Shown one piece after another: positions 7,088 to 16,436 of a stretch of 44,111 nt of DNA. The notes below the pieces were generated by a model, which saw only the letters and a list, made by a program, of their open reading frames with translations, was not told the DNA's origin and did no database searches. Source of the DNA: a virus; the IMG/VR virus record IMGVR_UViG_3300028892_001354; one strand, given 5' to 3'. How positions within the stretch are numbered: position 1 is the first letter of the stretch; every line of letters starts with the position of its first letter. A program made the translations under genes and the position numbers.

Positions 7088-9354
7088 TTCATATAGGTGT
7101 GCGAGATTGGTTCTCTAGAAAATCAAAGAAAAAAGATACATTACGAGCAAATGTTTCTGCAGCTGTTCGTTCTTCTTTTAAAGGACTGCAAGGCGGTAAA
7201 CAATCGCAGAATAAATGGGAACGTCAATTTATGTGGTATGACGGACCGATAAAACGGTCTGAATATCGTACAAAAGATATTATGGAAAGTCTTCGTATGA
7301 TACGTGATATTGACCCAGATGCAAGTATGGCAATATGGAACTTTATTCGATTGGGTAATAGTGGCCATGAATTGGAATGTTTAAAACCAACTGGTAAACC
7401 CGATAAACAAGCGCAAGAAATTCTTAATGATATTGCCAAGCGAGTGGGAAAAATGTATGGAGGCGGTACTGATCAATTGATAGGCGTATTATTCCTTACT
7501 GCCATTACTCAAGGAGCAATTGCTTTAGAGGTGGAATTAACAGAAGGCATAGATGGCGTAGTTGATTTTCATGCAATAGATCCTTCTACATTGGACTTCC
7601 AATTCAATAAAGAGGAGAAGGAACTAGAACTGGTACAGAAGCAGGATAATGGAGAATACAAAGTACTCAATCAAGAACAAGTATTCTATTTCCCACTTGA
7701 TCCAGATGTAAATGATCCATACGGACGTTCTCCTATACTGCCTATACTGCAAATCATCTTCTTCCAAGTGCAAGTATTAAGCGACTTACAGAAGGTTGTA
7801 CACCATCAAGGGCATGCGCGTTTTGATATTTCAGTAGTAGAAGAAGCAATTATGAAGAATATACCACCTCATATACAAGGTGACGCTGCTGCAGTACAAC
7901 AATATGTTTCAAATTATATAAATGAAGTCCAAAAGATGATGAGCGAATTAGAACCAGATGATGATTTCTTTCATACTGATAGCGTTACGGTGGAAATGAC
8001 AGGTGGTATACAAGGAAAATCAATGGACATTACAAAAGTTATTGATGTAATTAACCAACGGGTAACCACTGCATTGAAGCAATTGCCGATTTTATTAGGT
8101 AGAAATGAGGGTACTACGGAAACACATGGTACGATTCAGTGGCAAATCTATGTAGCAGGTATAGAAAACATGCAACGTGGTATTAAACGTTTATTAGAAC
8201 GTGCATATAATGTCGCTCTGCAAGTACATGGTAAACAATCCAAGGCAAGGCTTACTTTTAATTCTATTCGTGTAAATGACCGCGAAAAAGAAGCAAATGC
8301 TGAAAACATTGAAACGATGACCAAACAAGCGCAAGTTATGGCAGGATGGATTGATAACAATGAAGCAGCGCAGCATATGGTTGGCCATGATGCAGTAGCA
8401 GAACCGCAAATGCTCTCTGCTCCACCTACAGTTGAAAGAAGTAAGCGCAGGCAGATGAAAAAGGAAAGTAAAATGCGTGCTGATACTGAGGAAGATGAGT
8501 ATGTAAAAGAAATAGATTTACCCTGGTCTTCTGAGATTGCAAAGATCACAACAAAAGCTCGTGATGAAATGCATGATTTATTAAAAAAGCAGTTAGAAAG
8601 ATATATTAATAAGTTAGAAGAAGCGCCAGAAGTTCCTACTCGTATGATGATAGAAATACATCGTATGCCAAAAGAAGAACGTATTTTAGAACCGATTAAA
8701 GCTTTTATTGATTGGGTTCGTAAACATATTCTTGGTGATTCTACTCAAGAAGTAGAAGAATGGAACGAATTAGCATATAAGTGGTCTGAAAAAGCTGGAA
8801 TAGTAGCAGGAGAAGAAAACTTATTCGAGATAGATCCAGAAATCAATTTTGATTATACAGATGAGAATCTACTCCGATGGCTTGCAAATCGTGCGTATAG
8901 TAGCGCAGAACTTATACAAGGTACAACAGATGAATCGGTTATTATGACTCTTTGGGATGTAGCAGCAGAGGGAGATTATACAATACAGAAGTTTTCAGAT
9001 GCACTACAAGATTCTTTTGAATTCAGTCATACAAGAGCAACTACCATTGCACGTACAGAAGTAATAAATGCTTCTCGTTCAGGACAGTTTCATTCAGATG
9101 AACAAAGTGGAATGGTAATTGGTAAGGAATGGCGTTCTGCTCGACAACCAGATAGAACTCGTCCTGGTCATTATGATGCGGATGGGCAAATACAACCATT
9201 TGATAAACCTTTTGAGGTAAATAATGCCCAAGGGAGTGCAGAACAATTAATGTTTCCCGGTGATCATTCACATGGCGCTACTGCAAGCAATTTGATTTGT
9301 TGCCGTTGTTGGTATAAACGCATTCTGCAGGGTGAGGAGGATAAATTAAAATGA
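7084..9354 (+). CDS. Portal protein fused to a MuF/SPP1-gp7-like head morphogenesis domain
   Basis: 756 aa, directly after TerL (GTGA overlap). The C-terminal third carries the MuF-like motif RATTIARTEVINASRSG...GKEWRSARQPDRTRPGH...NLICCRC. Confidence 0.8.
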   Translation: MIHIGVRDWFSRKSKKKDTLRANVSAAVRSSFKGLQGGKQSQNKWERQFMWYDGPIKRSEYRTKDIMESLRMIRDIDPDASMAIWNFIRLGNSGHELECLKPTGKPDKQAQEILNDIAKRVGKMYGGGTDQLIGVLFLTAITQGAIALEVELTEGIDGVVDFHAIDPSTLDFQFNKEEKELELVQKQDNGEYKVLNQEQVFYFPLDPDVNDPYGRSPILPILQIIFFQVQVLSDLQKVVHHQGHARFDISVVEEAIMKNIPPHIQGDAAAVQQYVSNYINEVQKMMSELEPDDDFFHTDSVTVEMTGGIQGKSMDITKVIDVINQRVTTALKQLPILLGRNEGTTETHGTIQWQIYVAGIENMQRGIKRLLERAYNVALQVHGKQSKARLTFNSIRVNDREKEANAENIETMTKQAQVMAGWIDNNEAAQHMVGHDAVAEPQMLSAPPTVERSKRRQMKKESKMRADTEEDEYVKEIDLPWSSEIAKITTKARDEMHDLLKKQLERYINKLEEAPEVPTRMMIEIHRMPKEERILEPIKAFIDWVRKHILGDSTQEVEEWNELAYKWSEKAGIVAGEENLFEIDPEINFDYTDENLLRWLANRAYSSAELIQGTTDESVIMTLWDVAAEGDYTIQKFSDALQDSFEFSHTRATTIARTEVINASRSGQFHSDEQSGMVIGKEWRSARQPDRTRPGHYDADGQIQPFDKPFEVNNAQGSAEQLMFPGDHSHGATASNLICCRCWYKRILQGEEDKLK

Positions 9355-9611
9355 TAATCAAAAAAATGATTTCATATTTAAAAATTCGTAGGGAAAGAAA
9401 ATATAGGTATGAATTGTTGCGTGAGATTCGTCAAGAACGTGATTACAATATTGGAAAGCTACAGTTCGCAAATAGGCCTTATTCAAGACCTACACTATCA
9501 CCAAATGGAACGCGAGAAGTATTAACGACGAGCAAGTTTATTCTAAGATTGTTGAATAATGGCGTACTGAAAAATGAAGGAGGCAAATTGGATGGGATGT
9601 ACAGTCATTAG
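9351..9611 (+). CDS. Hypothetical protein (86 aa)
   Basis: ATGA overlap with the portal stop. Basic N-terminus. Confidence 0.5.
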   Translation: MIIKKMISYLKIRRERKYRYELLREIRQERDYNIGKLQFANRPYSRPTLSPNGTREVLTTSKFILRLLNNGVLKNEGGKLDGMYSH

Positions 9612-9831
9612 TGACATGCGATTAGTTGGAAGCTCAACAGGATTTATGGAATGTAGCGACGATGATTTTACAGATGAATTGAAAAAGGTTTTAGAACTAC
9701 AAATCAAAGACCGAAAAGAATTATTACCAATAGTTCATCAAGTTGTCCCGAGAAAATCAGCAAACATTAATGTTGAAGGTGTTCTCATTGAGATAACCAG
9801 TTACATTGTTGTTATTCATCTTTATGATTAA
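9592..9831 (+). CDS. Hypothetical protein (79 aa)
   Basis: RBS GAAGGAGG precedes the ATG at 9592. Confidence 0.5.
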   Translation: MGCTVISDMRLVGSSTGFMECSDDDFTDELKKVLELQIKDRKELLPIVHQVVPRKSANINVEGVLIEITSYIVVIHLYD

Positions 9832-9854
9832 CAGAGAAGGGAGGTGAATGATTT

Positions 9855-11063
9855 ATGAGTGAAGCAGCACAGGTTTTACATCTACCTGTTCGTTTAAGTC
9901 TAGAACAGAATCAAGATGTTGATTTAGAACTTATTAATAGGCATACTATTGAGCCTGTTACTATGGAAGACATATTTACGTTTAGTGGTAACTGCTCCAA
10001 TGACAGATTAGATTCATATTTTACAAGAATGGATCCAACTACTACTTTACGAAACTATGCAGAGGATTTAAAAAGTGGAGTTTCATTACTTAATGGCCAT
10101 GATGTTTCTTTAATCCCATATGGTCGTAGTTATGATGGTACCCTTGTCCCTGCTGCAGATGATGCAAATAGTTTCAATGCCGTTAGAGGTCACTGGTATA
10201 TTATGCGAGGACTTACGTTAAATGGCGAGAATACAGATGACACTATTAAAGCAATGAAAGCTGGCATTATTCGAGATATGTCGGTTGGATTTGGTGGAGA
10301 TAAAATGTCATACCGATGCGGTTCATGTGGCCGTGATTTATGGGACTGGGAATGTCCTCATATTCCTGGTTTAGAAGATGAAAATGGTCGCATGTCATTT
10401 TCATGGATTGTAGATGCTCATTTAAGAGAAGTATCCACCGTATATAAAGGAGCTACACCAGGAGCTTATATTGATAAAGCTCGCGAGTATATGCAGCAAG
10501 GACAACTTTCACAACAAAATATCGAAAGACTAGAACGCCAGTTCCAAGTTCGCTTGGATGACAATAAGCGTTCATTTTTTATGTCTAAAAATTCAAAGGG
10601 GGCACGTAGTGTGGGACTATTACAACAAATTACAGATGCTATTAGAGAAAACAAAGTCGAGAAACGAGAAATTTATAAATTACTTGGTGAAGAGGGAGAC
10701 ACTTTCCGTCAGCCAGATGATATTGCTATTCGTAATGAGCTTGGTGATAATGCCACCGTAGATGGTGTTAAACAATTAAAAGAAGAAGCGGAGCAAGGTC
10801 GTACTTATGCTGCAGATATGATTAATAACGCAGTTGAAGCTCGTACAAGAGCACAAGGCGACAAATTCGACGCTGAAAAGTATCGTCAAATGTTAGTTCG
10901 CGCTGCAGATTTAGATTTCGTTAAAGAAGAAGTTGAGACTTATGAAGCAATGGCTAAAGAACGATTTACTGGTGGTCGTCAAGCTGGTGGAGACCCATTA
11001 GGTGGAGCAGATCCAGAAGATGATGTAATTGTTTCAGAACGATTTGAAGGAGGTAACAAATAA
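9855..11063 (+). CDS. Prohead serine protease (HK97/S78-like) fused to a coiled-coil scaffold region
   Basis: LLNGHD and MSVGFGG motifs fit the His/Ser pair of the prohead protease family. An embedded CGSCG...CPH Zn-ribbon-like insert is present. The charged helical C-terminal half sits before the capsid gene. Confidence 0.7.
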   Translation: MSEAAQVLHLPVRLSLEQNQDVDLELINRHTIEPVTMEDIFTFSGNCSNDRLDSYFTRMDPTTTLRNYAEDLKSGVSLLNGHDVSLIPYGRSYDGTLVPAADDANSFNAVRGHWYIMRGLTLNGENTDDTIKAMKAGIIRDMSVGFGGDKMSYRCGSCGRDLWDWECPHIPGLEDENGRMSFSWIVDAHLREVSTVYKGATPGAYIDKAREYMQQGQLSQQNIERLERQFQVRLDDNKRSFFMSKNSKGARSVGLLQQITDAIRENKVEKREIYKLLGEEGDTFRQPDDIAIRNELGDNATVDGVKQLKEEAEQGRTYAADMINNAVEARTRAQGDKFDAEKYRQMLVRAADLDFVKEEVETYEAMAKERFTGGRQAGGDPLGGADPEDDVIVSERFEGGNK

Positions 11064-11452
11064 TGTTTAACAAAGTAGGCGGTATTGTACCGGATAGTTA
11101 TGGTTTATCACTCACAGTTTTCGCACAAGATGCTACTGCAGAAAGTCCTGTTAAAGCAGGTACACCTTTAAAATTCGCTACTACAGGGGCATATCACGCT
11201 AAAAAAGCAGTTGCAGATGATGCAATTGTTATGACCGCTAAACATACAGTCACTTCTAAGGATGCTCCTTTAGGTGTTCATGTATATGGTTATTCACGTA
11301 ATGCAGAGTTTCCTTATAGTGGAGCAATTGCTATTGGTGATTCAGTTGCTGCTGATGGTAATGGTGGAGTTAAAAAGGCAGCTGCAGCAAATGGATCATA
11401 TGTTTATTTAGTTAACAGCACGAAAAAAACAGTAGAAGTACTTCTACCTTAA
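11063..11452 (+). CDS. DUF2190-like head decoration/capsid accessory protein
   Basis: 129 aa, Ala/Gly-rich, located between the protease and the major capsid gene. Confidence 0.5.
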   Translation: MFNKVGGIVPDSYGLSLTVFAQDATAESPVKAGTPLKFATTGAYHAKKAVADDAIVMTAKHTVTSKDAPLGVHVYGYSRNAEFPYSGAIAIGDSVAADGNGGVKKAAAANGSYVYLVNSTKKTVEVLLP

Positions 11453-11465
11453 TGGAGGGAATAAA

Positions 11466-12563
11466 ATGACTCTTAAATTTAAACATAAAATTAAAAATAG
11501 TCGTGGTGAAGTTATCGAACTAGCAAACGGTTCGGAATTAACAAGTGCCATTAGAGAGGCATCCGCTAAAAATGGCCGTATTGCAGGGCAGGCAGGAGAT
11601 TTAATTAGTAAAAATAGTTCTGCTACTTTCCGTTCTTACCTTAATGAACAAGGTATTACGTTAAAAGATGCTATTCGTGCATTAGGAATAAATGATGTAG
11701 GTTCTCAAGAAGTACGTGCATTATACCAAAACGATAATACAAAACCATTATTCAATGCTGTATTAGAGGATGGATTCCGTGAAGGCTACCTTGCAGCAGG
11801 TCGTGCATCTGAATTAGTAGGACAAGTAATTCCAATGGATCAAATGTCATACCAGTACTACACACTAGATAATAAAGATGATGATGATCTGGATTTAAGT
11901 TTCATTGGACAAGGTGCTCCAATTCCGGTTGTAGCAATTAAGTTAGATACAGACCACACAATCTATGTATATAAACGCGGTAACGGAATTGAGATTACTG
12001 ACGAGGCGAAATCAATGAAATTTGATATGCTCGCTTTACATCTACGTAAACGTGGTATGCAAATTGGTCGTACTGATGAGAAACTAGCAATTCATCGTTT
12101 ATTAAATGGTTACTTTAAAGACGGAACAGATGCTGCTCCAACATTAGGTGTAAAAACTGCGAATGATTGGAAAATCTCGGATATTTGGTATGCTACACAA
12201 TATGCGAATCAAAAATACGGATTCACTTACAACCGAAGTGTTATGAACTTAAAGACTGCAGAACAATGGGCGACTCAAAAAGAAGCAAATGGTAATTTAA
12301 TCTTCTTAAACGAATTAAAGAATGGAAGTATGCCAGATGTATTAAATACAACACCATTCATTTCAGAAGATGTACCAGATGGCCGTATTATGTTGGTAGA
12401 TACAAGATTTGCACTGGCTGAATATCAGTACAAACCATTCTCTGTTGAAAGCGACCGAAGTGTTAAAACGCAGGTAGATGGCTCATATGCAACTGTTACT
12501 TCTGACTTTGTTCCATTTGATCCAAATGCACGTATGATTCTAACGCTTGATAAAGCTCGCTAA
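11466..12563 (+). CDS. Major capsid protein
   Basis: 365 aa, strong RBS, canonical position after the protease/decoration genes. Confidence 0.8.
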   Translation: MTLKFKHKIKNSRGEVIELANGSELTSAIREASAKNGRIAGQAGDLISKNSSATFRSYLNEQGITLKDAIRALGINDVGSQEVRALYQNDNTKPLFNAVLEDGFREGYLAAGRASELVGQVIPMDQMSYQYYTLDNKDDDDLDLSFIGQGAPIPVVAIKLDTDHTIYVYKRGNGIEITDEAKSMKFDMLALHLRKRGMQIGRTDEKLAIHRLLNGYFKDGTDAAPTLGVKTANDWKISDIWYATQYANQKYGFTYNRSVMNLKTAEQWATQKEANGNLIFLNELKNGSMPDVLNTTPFISEDVPDGRIMLVDTRFALAEYQYKPFSVESDRSVKTQVDGSYATVTSDFVPFDPNARMILTLDKAR

Positions 12564-12578
12564 TAAGGAGTGTTATAC

Positions 12579-12878
12579 ATGGCTAAAAAAGATTTAATCG
12601 CAGAGATTGTTGAAGAAAATCCTTCTTTGGATCCAAAACAATTAGATGATAATTATACGGTTCCTCAATTAGAAGCATTACAGCAAGAATTACGAACAGA
12701 AATAGAAATTCCAGAGCAAGTTAAATACCGATTGAAAGACCCTAACACACAATATGCAGAATGCTATGCGGAAGGGTCTTTTACTTTGGCTGGAAATCAA
12801 GAAAAGGAACTACCTGCAGCACCTTCAAAAACTTTATTAGAACGAATTGAATATGGTTTCATTGTTGAGGTGAAGTAA
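12579..12878 (+). CDS. Hypothetical head-associated protein
   Basis: RBS TAAGGAG precedes the ATG at 12579. Confidence 0.5.
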   Translation: MAKKDLIAEIVEENPSLDPKQLDDNYTVPQLEALQQELRTEIEIPEQVKYRLKDPNTQYAECYAEGSFTLAGNQEKELPAAPSKTLLERIEYGFIVEVK

Positions 12879-13322
12879 ATGTATGCTTCTCCTGCAGATG
12901 TGAAAGAAAGGACCTCTTTTATGGAGGTTTCTTTTCTTCCTGATGAAAAAATACAGTTATATATAGACCGTGCTGCTTCGTGGATTCATAGAGAAGTGAA
13001 ACGTACATTTGAAAATGAGACGAATAAACTGACTCTCTCAGACCTTCTTATTGCGACTGTATTGCTCGTTGAGTATCTTTGGTACCAAGACCACCCAGAA
13101 ACGAAAGAAGCGCAATTGAGTACGGCTTCCAGTGAGAAAATAGGTAACTATTCTTATACATTACGCGATGCATTAGGTGGGAATACAGCAGATGAAATGA
13201 AATTCGGTGCAAGCAGGACAGGTATTAAAGAATTAGATTTAATCCTGGACTCATTACGATCGCAGAATATAATCACTGGATTTAATTTCTTTTCTGTATC
13301 TGGACCATCGAGGGTGAGCTGA
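12879..13322 (+). CDS. Head-tail connector (gp6-like adaptor)
   Basis: Synteny and size. N-terminal ...ADVKERT...EKIQLYIDRAASWI resembles the connector family. Confidence 0.6.
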   Translation: MYASPADVKERTSFMEVSFLPDEKIQLYIDRAASWIHREVKRTFENETNKLTLSDLLIATVLLVEYLWYQDHPETKEAQLSTASSEKIGNYSYTLRDALGGNTADEMKFGASRTGIKELDLILDSLRSQNIITGFNFFSVSGPSRVS

Positions 13323-13684
13323 TGAGATTCGAAAGTTTACTAGTCCATCGATGCACGTTCATAAAGCAGAATGTTGTTATTGGGCAAGATGATTATGGCC
13401 GAGATGAATATGGTCAAGATGAAATACCAGACATTCATTGTCGTTTTGACCAAATAGAAAAACGAGTAACCAAAAATGATAACAGTATTGATACTATTAT
13501 CCAACCTATCCTGTATTTAGCTGCTTCCCAAGAAATTGAAGAGACTCTGCAGATAAAGGATATACGCGATAAAGAAAATAACTCCTTATTACCTGGTATA
13601 TATGGAGTTAAGAAAATATCTCGTGAATACAGCAGAATAAGATTACATCATTATGAAGTAGAGCTTAAAAAGGAGCGTGATTAA
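13322..13684 (+). CDS. Head closure / head-tail adaptor protein
   Basis: Synteny. ATGA overlap. LVHRCTF...GQDDYGRDEYG motif is typical of the head-tail joining family. Confidence 0.6.
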   Translation: MRFESLLVHRCTFIKQNVVIGQDDYGRDEYGQDEIPDIHCRFDQIEKRVTKNDNSIDTIIQPILYLAASQEIEETLQIKDIRDKENNSLLPGIYGVKKISREYSRIRLHHYEVELKKERD

Positions 13685-14113
13685 ATGGGAATTAACATTA
13701 AGGTTCAGTTAGATCCACAAGCACGCCAATTCGCTAGACAAATACCAGGAAAGTTGAAAGAAGCTCGCCAAAAAGCAGTAGAAGCAGCTGGAATGGTATG
13801 GGCCGATGAAGCAAAAGAAGTAACTCAAGAGGATAATCATATTGATACTTCTCTTTACATTAACTCTATCGGTTATTTAACTAACATCCCGTATACCGAT
13901 AAAAGTGGTAAAGGGGAACGTAATGCTACGGAAGCAGATGTTATTCATGAATTGACTGAGGAAGAGACAAAAACAACGTTAGAATTAGGTTCTGATGTTG
14001 CTTATGCGTCTCATTTAGAGAACAGATATAACATTATGGCCAGAGCATTAGATAGAGCGGAACCACGTATGCAGCAGGTAGCTGAAACGCAAGTTCGCTT
14101 AATTCTAGAATAG
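13685..14113 (+). CDS. HK97 gp10-like tail-neck protein
   Basis: Synteny and size (142 aa). Confidence 0.55.
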   Translation: MGINIKVQLDPQARQFARQIPGKLKEARQKAVEAAGMVWADEAKEVTQEDNHIDTSLYINSIGYLTNIPYTDKSGKGERNATEADVIHELTEEETKTTLELGSDVAYASHLENRYNIMARALDRAEPRMQQVAETQVRLILE

Positions 14114-14125
14114 GAGGGGTTCGAT

Positions 14126-14482
14126 TTGATTGATTATGTAGATCCAATCCCTCACATTGTACGTTTCTTTAAAATATTCGGTGTTACATGCTATGGGAAT
14201 ACATTCCCCTTAAATGCTAAATATCCGTCTATATGTGTAAAAGTAGCAGGTGGCAGAGGTTTTACAAGGTTACAAGTCACTTCACGTTCTGAAAAAGACG
14301 ATATTGAAGCTATGAATGTATTGGTCAATGCCGTAAATATATTAGAACGTCATACAGCGTCCATTACAGGACTGCAGGTTGAATGGTGTGAAAAAGAGGG
14401 TAATCCTACTCCTTCATTTGACGCAGAAGCGAATAAATACCAAGGTTGGTGCTATATGCGCTTAGAACACTTGGAAGCATAG
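14126..14482 (+). CDS. Tail completion/terminator protein
   Basis: Synteny. TTG start after the RBS GGAGGGG. Confidence 0.5.
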   Translation: MIDYVDPIPHIVRFFKIFGVTCYGNTFPLNAKYPSICVKVAGGRGFTRLQVTSRSEKDDIEAMNVLVNAVNILERHTASITGLQVEWCEKEGNPTPSFDAEANKYQGWCYMRLEHLEA

Positions 14483-14493
14483 AGGTGAATGTA

Positions 14494-14706
14494 GTGGCTG
14501 AAAAAAGGACAACAAAACAGAAGATTTTATGTGAAGGTCCCGTTGAAGGTAACGGGGCTTTATTTTATAGATTGCGTTCTGGCTTAGATATTATGCCAGG
14601 GCAACTATTAGAAGTCGGTAATGGTAAAAATCAAACAATTACAAAAGAGGAAGCAGAATTATTACTTGCTGCTCCTTCTTGGAAATTTAGAGAGGTGGCT
14701 GAATAA
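14494..14706 (+). CDS. Hypothetical small structural-module protein (70 aa)
   Basis: A GTG at 14494 follows the RBS AGAGGTGAA. The track ORF extends upstream to 14446. Confidence 0.45.
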   Translation: MAEKRTTKQKILCEGPVEGNGALFYRLRSGLDIMPGQLLEVGNGKNQTITKEEAELLLAAPSWKFREVAE

Positions 14707-15518
14707 TGAGTAATTTATATAAGGTTAATGCAAGTAATATCATCGGTGGGGCAGGTCGTTTAGTATGGGTGCCTTATGGTGCTGCTGCTGCACCAACAAA
14801 GATTGCAGATGTAATGGACACATCCACATTTGAATTAAAATCTACTTGGAAGGACTTAGGTGCAACAACAGAAGGTATTGAAGTTACACGTGGATTTGAA
14901 ACGGAAGATTTTGAAGTTGACCAAGTAAAAGGTGCGATTGATACAGAAATTACAAATTGGACGCACAATATCAACACCCAACTAGCTGAGAATACAGTGG
15001 AAAATCGACAACTAGCCTTAATTGGTAGCCCAATCATTGAAACGCCACCAGAACTAGGAACAGGCGTTGATTCAAGTGGAGAATTAGCGATAAATGCTAC
15101 AATCGTAACATTTGCAGCTGCTCCTGGTGCTGATTTTAAAGAAGGTGGATATTTAAAAATCGGTACTGAAGTTCTAAAAATCAATAAAGTTTCTGGGAAC
15201 TCTATCTACCTAGCAGAGCCAGTAAAACAAGCCAAACCTACAGGAACGAAAGTATTTCCTGTAAAATCCTTGGGAAGTAAACGTATTGGTTATGGTGCAG
15301 TAGGTAACGTTCCGGAAATTATGTTAGCTAATATCAGCCAAAAGAAAGATGGCAGTTTATATATGGCCGTATTCCGTAAATGCAAAGTAAGCGGAGATGA
15401 GAAAACACAAACATTCAGCAAAGCAAAACGTGTTTTACCACTTGGTTTACAGGCATTTTCTGTAGAGGATGTTGCAGAAAACGAAAACGTTTATTACGAA
15501 ATTGAAGAAGTACGCTAA
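14706..15518 (+). CDS. Major tail protein
   Basis: 270 aa, immediately upstream of the chaperone pair and the tape measure gene. Confidence 0.75.
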   Translation: MSNLYKVNASNIIGGAGRLVWVPYGAAAAPTKIADVMDTSTFELKSTWKDLGATTEGIEVTRGFETEDFEVDQVKGAIDTEITNWTHNINTQLAENTVENRQLALIGSPIIETPPELGTGVDSSGELAINATIVTFAAAPGADFKEGGYLKIGTEVLKINKVSGNSIYLAEPVKQAKPTGTKVFPVKSLGSKRIGYGAVGNVPEIMLANISQKKDGSLYMAVFRKCKVSGDEKTQTFSKAKRVLPLGLQAFSVEDVAENENVYYEIEEVR

Positions 15519-15546
15519 TTAGCGATATTTAAGGAGGAAGAATACT

Positions 15547-16098
15547 ATGGAAAACATTTTAAATTCAATTGATACAGATAAGCATATTGGGGTAGTTACA
15601 TTAATAAACGGGAAGCAGTTACAGCTTCCTAGACTTTCAAACTTTAAAGTTATTCGTATTGTAAAGTTCATCGGAATCGATGGAATTCGCATTTATGACC
15701 AGGCACGTGCAATTTTATTAGATGATACTTTAGAAGGATTTGAGCGCTTTGCTCTTATCATAGAATCGTTGAAGGAAGAACAATTGATTCGTATTTTATC
15801 AATTTTACTTGAAGTTTCTGATGAGGAAGCTCTGGGGCTAGATCCGAACGACACATTAGAAATCTTAATTGAATACGCAGATAAAACAAACCTTGGAAAA
15901 ACTTTTACTCAAGTCCGTCAGCTAGTGAAGAAAATGTTCAAGAAAGAGCTGCCGGACTTCAAAACACTTCTGGATCAATGGTTCCCGAAAGTGGAAATGG
16001 AAGATATTCCAGTTGGAGAGAATTTTTCAGAGAAAACGACGCTGCCAAATTTAGAGAAGGTATCAACAGAATCGGAAAGCAACTCATCGATTCTATAA
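15547..16098 (+). CDS. Tail assembly chaperone (gpG analogue)
   Basis: Positioned between the major tail and tape measure genes. Overlapped by a -1 frame ORF. Confidence 0.8.
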   Translation: MENILNSIDTDKHIGVVTLINGKQLQLPRLSNFKVIRIVKFIGIDGIRIYDQARAILLDDTLEGFERFALIIESLKEEQLIRILSILLEVSDEEALGLDPNDTLEILIEYADKTNLGKTFTQVRQLVKKMFKKELPDFKTLLDQWFPKVEMEDIPVGENFSEKTTLPNLEKVSTESESNSSIL

Positions 16099-16403
16099 GC
16101 TTTATTGCACGTCACTATTCTTATACCGAGGAGTATGTATTAGAGCATACTCCTGAGTGGTCAAAGCGAAAGTTTGATGATGCATTAAAACAGCAGTATA
16201 CCGATTATAAAGAGAATGTATATGGTCAATTCCAAAGTCTATTGTTATTTATGGACCAATTACTCAATGAAGGGAAAAACTTTGAAAGTATTCTTCCTCC
16301 TACTTATGAAGATGCTATTGCTGCAAATACAGAGTCACCAAAAGAAAAACAAAATAGCCAGTTCAAACAAGGAACATGGTGGAAGCCTGAGCAGAACGCT
16401 TAG
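15547..16403 (+). CDS. Tail assembly chaperone frameshift product (gpGT analogue; -1 slip at 16047-16053)
   Basis: ORF 15978..16403 is in the -1 frame relative to 15547. The heptamer A_AAT_TTA is in the correct zero-frame phase (CCA AAT TTA). Post-slip reading gives KFREGINRIGKQ. Confidence 0.7.
16047..16053 (+). promoter_or_regulatory. Candidate -1 programmed frameshift slippery heptamer AAATTTA
   Basis: X_XXY_YYZ pattern in phase with the upstream ORF, inside the 120-nt overlap. Confidence 0.6.
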
Positions 16404-16436
16404 GCTTCTTTATTTTTGAGGGAAGGAGGAAAATAC

